Assembly: GCF_009914755.1 (NCBI RefSeq)
Contig: NC_060936.1
Reading direction: 5' to 3' (one strand)
Origin: the human T2T-CHM13v2.0 reference genome, Homo sapiens
Length of the DNA: 64,000 nt
Notes under the pieces: generated by a model
What the model saw: the letters and a program-made list of their open reading frames with translations, nothing else
Database searches by the model: none
Told to the model about the DNA's origin: nothing
Shown: piece after piece, positions 57,070 to 64,000 of the stretch
Numbering within the stretch: position 1 is the first letter of the stretch
How the letters are laid out: every line of letters starts with the position of its first letter
Made by a program: the position numbers and the translations under genes

Positions 57070-58300
57070 CCCCTTCATTATAAAATATAATATACTTGCA
57101 ATAAGGTACACAAAACATGTACAGCTCAAGGACTTAAGAAAATAACCTGGGTAACCACCTCCAGATCAAGGACCATTGTCAGGTCCCAAAAGTGCCTCTT
57201 GTGCCCTTTTCAACAATTATCCCAACCTCTACACCACAGGTAGGTATGTTTATCGCCTGACACCTATGGCCATCACTTCCTTGCTTTTCTTTACAGTGCT
57301 GCCACCCATAGATACATCCCTAAACACTGTAGTTTTTGTTTGTCTTTTTAACTTGATTTAAACAGAACTGTACTATATGTATTATTTCGCACCTGGCCTC
57401 TCTGACCCAAGATAATATTTTTTTATATTTATCAATATTGTTTTCAGCTATAGTTCATCCATTTTCATTGCTATGGAGTATTTTCATTAAAGGAATATGT
57501 CATAATTTATTTATCCATTTAATTTTTTTTCCCCACAGTCTTGCCGTGTTGCCAAGGCTGGTCTTGAACTCCTGGGCTCCAGTGATCCTCCCATCTCAGG
57601 CTCCCAAGTAGCTGAGACTACAGGCATGTGCCACTGTGCCTAGATTCCATTTACTAATGATGGAAATTTGGATTGCTTCAGAGTTGGCAAATATAAAAAA
57701 TGCTTTTATGAACTTTCTTGTGCATGTGTCTTGGGGTGCACATGTGCACAAGTTAGGGTGGATATGGAGTGGTGAAATTATTGAGTCATAAATTATGCAC
57801 TTACTAGGCAATGTCATATTGTTTTCATTCAGTTTTACCAATTCACACTCCCTTCAATAGCATATGAGAGTTGCTCTCATTCTGGCCACTCACTAGCATA
57901 TTGCTGTTGCTGGTCTTTAATTTTATCCTTTCTGGTGGGTATGTAGTACTATCATATTGTAATTTTAATTTCCATTTCCTTGATTACTATCACTGGGATC
58001 CAGCCTCTTTTCATCTGCTTATTGGCCATTTGGATATTTGTGTGTGTGTGATGTGTGTGTTGAAATCCCACGCCCATTTTTCTATTATCTGTCCTTATCT
58101 TTATTGACTTAGAGAGTTTCTTTGTATATCTTGGATATATTCCTTTGTAATTCAGTTATATTACAGATATTTTTTTCTAGGCTAACAGCTTGTTTTTTTT
58201 TACTTTCATCATAGTGTCTTCTTTGAACAGTTCTTAATTCTAATGTAGTCCAATTTATGAATCTTTTCCTTTATGACTAACATTTTTTGTTGTATAAGAA
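57070..58300 (-). mobile_element. Old L1 (L1M) 3' fragment with nested FLAM (57523-57642)
   Basis: TCATCCATTTTCATTGCTATGGAGTATT, ACCAATTCACACTCCC..CAATAGCATATGAGAGTT, TTATTGGCCATTTGGATAT are reverse L1 motifs. Confidence 0.75.
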
Positions 58301-59523
58301 CTCTTTGCCCCCAAAAACAGGAAGCCATGTTTTTTTACAGATGAAAAAATGAAGACAGAGAGAGATGGAGTGGTTTGCTAAACTTGAATCCAGGTATTTT
58401 GACACCAAAGTCTGCATTATTTCCATTACACCATGCTAATGTCAATTTTTTATAAAAAATTATTTTTATTTATTTTGGTCACTGACCTTTCCTCATCACT
58501 TGATGTAATACAAAGCTTTAAGAGTATGGAGAAGCAGGTGATGGTACTTAGGGATAAGAAAAGTTCACAAAGCTCCCACACGTGCCTCATGCCCTCAGCC
58601 AGAGGTAGAAGGATATTTTGCAAATATTCCCAACTTTGCTGCTCATGCAGCCTTTTCTCTGCTGATTAATATTCCCACACCTCCTCTGGCCTAATTTTTG
58701 TCCTAAACACTTGAGGCCAGGCAAAATATGATAGCAGCAGAGGACTTAAATTTGTAGATAGTATATACGCTAACCAATACATCATCATTTTAAGGCTTTG
58801 TCTTAAAAATAGCAAAAGATATGGAAAGTTACGAAGAAGGATATATAAGTACAGCAGTAATCCCGCATGTTTCTAATTGAATATGGGCCTCCCGAAGTTT
58901 CCACCAACATACAATACCACCTTTGCTGAATAAGGATTCCACCAGATTTGAGAAGCATTCGGAGCTTCTGTAAATATTCTGGTAACTTCCCCTTAAACAG
59001 TTCTAAAAACTCCAGTTGCATCTCTGCTTGCTCACAGGGAGCAGATGATTGGTACAAAACAACTCCAGCATATCTCTAATATTATTTTTTTTAAAAACTT
59101 AACTATTTTGACATATTTTTAAACTTGAAAATGTTGCAATAGTAGATGGGTCTCCAATATATCCTTTATCCAGATTCACCCAATCTTTTTTTTTTTTTTT
59201 CTTTACATATTGCCCTGTTGGCTTTACCATTGTATCAACTCATGCATGTATTTTTTTCTGAAATGTAGTAATGAGTTGGAGACCTCATGTCCCTTTCTTC
59301 CTAAATACTTCACTGTGCATTTCCTGTAATCAAAATCAGGATATTTAACATAGCTGTAACACTACTGGCAAATCCATAGTCCGTATTCAAATGGGATCAA
59401 TGGTTCTCTAATATACATCATTGCTATTATTTTTCCTAACCTAGGATTCCAATGGTAGGCATTGTGCTTAGTTGTAATATCTCTTTGGTCTTCTCCAATT
59501 TGGAATAGTTCCTCAGCTTTTCT

Positions 59524-59557
<34 letters not shown>

Positions 59558-59884
59558 TACCTTGTTATTTTTGAAGAATACAGCCATTACTTTGGAGACT
59601 GTCCCTCAGCTTGTGTTTGTCTGATGTTTCCTCATGTTTAGATTTTGATTATGCATTTTGCCAGGAAAACCATGGATGTCATGGTTTGGCCTTCGTTTTG
59701 TAGCAATCATAGCAAGTGGCACATAGTATTGGTAATATCGACTATGATCACTTGGATAGGGTGGTGCTCTCTAGGTTCCTCCACTGTGAAACCATGCAAA
59801 TATCCTGTTCCTTATCAAAGTTTGGTGTTCTTGGTTTAGCATCCATTGAACATTGAGAAACTCTTGTTCCCCGCCACCCCACCG

Positions 59885-60117
59885 GACTCACTGCAAGCTC
59901 TGCCTCCCAGGTTCACACCATTCTCCTGCCTCAGCCTCCCGAGTAGCTGGGACTACAGGCACCCGCCTCCACGCCCGGCTAATTTTTTTTGTATTTTTTA
60001 GTAGAGACGGGGTTTCACCGTGTTAGCCAGTACGGTCTCGATCTCCTGACCTCGTGATCCGCCTGCCTCGGCCTCCCAAAGTGCTGGGATTACAGGTGTG
60101 AGCCACCACGCCTGGCC
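59885..60117 (-). mobile_element. AluY lacking its 3' end and poly(A), inside L1MC debris (~59090-60490)
   Basis: CTCACTGCAAGCTC, CACCATTCTCCTG, GTTTCACCGTGTTAGCCAG are AluY diagnostics. Confidence 0.9.
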
Positions 60118-60639
60118 AAAAACTCTTATTTCTTTATATTTATTAGTTGACTTTCTATTGTAAGGAAGAGCTTTCCTGCATGTATGCATGTATGTCAGTA
60201 TGAGCTCACAGATTTTTATTTTACTCAGTAGGTTATAATCCATTGCTGTAATTATTTTTGTATTTTGATGTTTAAATTGTCCTGCATTTGGTCAGTGGGG
60301 AACCCTTTCCAGCTGTCTCCTGTGTCCTTTCAATACAGTCCCTCCATTCTTTGGGTGAATCCTAACTTTCTGGTGCAGTGAGATATTCCAGATTCATATT
60401 ATATCTCTCTGCTCAAGCATTGGAATCAATGCTTTTTTTGTAGGTCTCTTGTTCTATTTAGTGGAGAATGGCATTTAGAAAGCTAGATAAGGTAGTGGTT
60501 ACACAACCACACGCCTTTGTCAAAACAGGTTATAGAACTGTACGCTAAAATAAAGATAATTTATTTTTTTCTTTTACTCCATGGTATATATAAAATAAAA
60601 TACGTAAACATTATAATAAGGAAAAAAGAAAAAAGTTAA

Positions 60640-61360
60640 AACTGAATTATAGACAACTACTAATATGTACACCAAACAATTAAGATATGGTATATTTTCA
60701 GCATCAACAAAAATTGCCTTGTTTCCCCTTAAGGCCAACCTGTCCTTCATCCTAGCCCTTGGAAACCACTGATCTATTTTCTGCCCCTGTAGTTTTGCCT
60801 TTTCCAGAATGTCTAATAAACTGGATCATACAGTGTTTAACCTTCTTAATGTTATGCATTGAGCTTCCTCCATTTTATTGCATATATTGGTAGTTCGTTC
60901 CTTTTTATTGCTGAGTAATATTCTATTGTATGTGCTACAGTTCACTCATTCACCAGTTGAAGAACATTTAGGTTTTGTCAATTATGAAAAAAGTTACTAT
61001 AAACATATATGATCAGTGTTGTTATTGTTCTTCAGTAAATACATAGGAGTGAGTTTACTAGATCATATAGTAAGTGTGTTTAACTTTATAAAGTAAAACT
61101 TTATGCTTTACAAAGTATTTTTAAAATTCTTAACTTTATAAAGTTAAAAAAACTTTATTAATTAAAACTGCCAAACTGTTTTCAATTCCATTCCCACCAA
61201 CAATGAATGAGAGTTCTAGTTCTAAGTTATTGTCAGCACTTGGTATTTTCACATAAAAAAATTCAAAAATGTAATAAGAATATAGTGGTATCTCATTTAT
61301 GGTTTTAGTTTGCATTTCCTTGATTGCTAATGATATTGAGCATCTTTTAATGTAATATAC
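60640..61360 (-). mobile_element. Old L1 (L1M) 3' fragment
   Basis: GGAAACCACTGATCTATTTTCTG..GTAGTTTTGCCTTTTCCAGAATGTC and GTTTGCATTTCCTTGATTGCTAATGATATTGAGCATCTTTT. Confidence 0.8.
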
Positions 61361-62028
61361 ATACATTTTAAAAGCAAAAGTAGAATTGTATTGCATATAC
61401 TATTGGTAACCTACTTTTTATTTCCCACTTAACAGTGTGTAATTCATATTTTTCTACAATATAATTAATTAATTACTTTGTTTAAAGCCTAAGCATGACT
61501 GACAAATGTGAAAAATAGACAAGGAATCCTGTAATGCAATGCCACTCTCTCTAATAAAAAAAAAATCTAGAATTCACATTTTGATGCTGAAAGGAAACTT
61601 GTTTCAACTCTTTTGTGTTATTCATCTTTTTCCTCTCAGAATAGCCATAGATTATTATTTAGTACTCATTCCTCAGTTTCCCCAATGCCTTGCTGGTCTG
61701 CTGAGGTAGCTTCTGGCTGGGAATGGAGCAGGCAGAATAATCTGCCCTGTAGCTCAGTCTTCAATGCCTTCCCCCCACCCTCTTCTCCCCAGTTCAACTC
61801 CTCCCGCTTTATCACCCTCCTCAGGAGGGAAGCCTTTGGAAGGAGTCTGCTCCTCTCTCAGCATTGTGGGAGACTTTCCTAAACTATCATCTTTTAATTG
61901 CGATCTCAGAGACAGCCTTACTACCATGACCACCACCTCTATTTCCCTGGGACCTGTTGGATATCTCAGAATCCAATCAGTAGCCAACCTGCCCTCAACC
62001 AGCTCCTACTTGATCAGAGTTGTGTTAG

Positions 62029-62457
<429 letters not shown>

Positions 62458-63290
62458 TAGCTGGGTAGGGATCCTCGAGCAAGACATATATACCAATTCA
62501 CTGTTTTGTCCATCTCACCCATATGGAAATTTGAAAGTTATTAGTGGTTAATCAAAAAAAGAGAATGATCCCTTCAAATCGGGCTTTCAAACCCCTTCCT
62601 GATATGAAGAGGCTGTTCATATGAGAAGCTGTTCAGCACTTCTTTTTCCCAGAATGCAGAAAGATTGTTTGGTGAGGCTCACCATGCATGCCTGGCTCTC
62701 AGGCCTCCCCAAAAGGTCTCTGACTCTTTAACAAGTTGAGGACCTTCTTGTCCCGAATGGTCATTTTTCTTTCCCTTTTCAAGTGGAGGATTTACGGAAA
62801 GCAAGTTTCTCCACTAATCCATTCCCCCTTCGCATTGGTAGGTACTTCCTTCTACTCCTGAATAAATTCCCTGGAGCTTCTCTCAGCCTAGACCCTGACT
62901 CCACTTGGCTCTTTCCAGTTGTGTTTCTATGGTCTAGAGTGGGCATTTTCTTCCCTCAATCTGATGAGGACAAAAGTGAATCCACCATCTCATCCCTCAA
63001 CTAGAGTCCAACCAAAAGTCCCCAAAGGAAAGATGTGGTGGCAAGGAGCTGGGATGTTGGTAAGATCCGAGTCTCCCTCTTCTTGTTCACATTTTTCCTG
63101 GACTTCTTAGCTCTATACTGTTATGCCTTCATTATCTATTATTGTGCAACAAAGATTCCATCATTTAGCAGCTTGAAACAACAAACATTTGTTACCTCAC
63201 AGTTTCTAAGGGTCAGGAATCTGAAGTGATCTAGCTGGATGGTATGGCTCAGGGTCTTGCATGAGGCACCGTCACAATAACAGCCAGGAT

Positions 63291-63433
63291 TGGCTAGGCA
63301 TGGTGGCTCATGCCTGGAATCCCAGCACTTTGGGAGGCTGACGCAGGTGGACTTGAGTCCAGGAGTTCAAGACCAGTCTGGGCAATATGGTGAACCCTGT
63401 CTCTATTTAAAAAAAGAAAAAGAAAAAGAAAAA
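63291..63433 (+). mobile_element. FLAM / Alu monomer inserted in an MLT1-type LTR fragment (~63118-63470)
   Basis: GGCTAGGCATGGTGGCTCATGCCTG...CCCTGTCTCTA with A-rich tail; flank CATTTAGCAGCTTGAAACAACAAACATTT..CTCACAGTTTCT. Confidence 0.8.
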
Positions 63434-64000
63434 CAGCCAAGACTTCAGCCTCTGAAAACTTGACTTGGGTAAACACCGCTCTGCTGTTAGAGCTTTCTGA
63501 CATCATCTCCAACACTCTCACTTATTCCTTCTCTTTATAATCTTTAATAGGGCTGACAAATCTGGAATAGTCAAACAAGATTTTACTGCAAGGCTAGACA
63601 ATTACAAAGAAACCTAACAAAAGAGTAAAACAAATTTAGAAAATCTAGCAAACGAAGTAGTTTAGAGACTTTCATCCTATATGGCACTTTGAATGCTGGC
63701 CTGTCCTTGCTGGCTATCTCCCTGCATCCACCTGAAAAAGGATATTGTTAAAACCCAGGCTGTAGGGCTCACTTTCCTGGACACCTACATTCTTTACAGT
63801 TTAGCAAGAAGGGAGGCAGAGCTTTTTTCTCTTATCTACCTAGAGGTCACTCAGTTTTTCTGCTTTAGGAATTGCCTCTTCTCATGAATATACCAGGAAA
63901 GACCTGTCTGCCCTTAAGGGGAAACACTACTTCCAAACCCAAAGAATGGTGGCTCTGCCCTGGTCAGATTTAACCTGATAACCATTTCTCAACAAGTGCA

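Overview
Primate, almost certainly human, genomic DNA containing the 5' end of KRAS on the minus strand. Non-coding exon 1 lies at about 11974-12152 inside a CpG-island promoter with the known G-quadruplex tracts. Intron 1 spans 6606-11973. Exon 2 (6484-6605) carries the ATG and codons 1-37, with wild-type G12/G13. Positions 1-6483 are part of intron 2. The remaining ~51 kb upstream is gene-poor and repeat-rich (about 30 Alu/FLAM copies, MaLR LTRs, L1M, L2, MIR, hAT and Tc-Mar fossils), and I recognise no other protein-coding gene there. Nearly all ORFs in the track are Alu, L1 or GC-rich artefacts. The most interesting observation is two 5' splice sites 13 nt apart at the end of exon 1. They switch a strong-context CUG between an overlapping out-of-frame uORF and an in-frame 25-aa N-terminal extension of KRAS; the frame arithmetic is from the sequence, but translation is only a hypothesis. 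Also notable are a perfect 27-bp-stem hairpin inside an old LTR, a double Alu within one target-site duplication, and a head-to-head inverted Alu pair 24 bp apart in intron 1. Repeat family names come from memory of consensus sequences, and repeat boundaries without a TSD are approximate.
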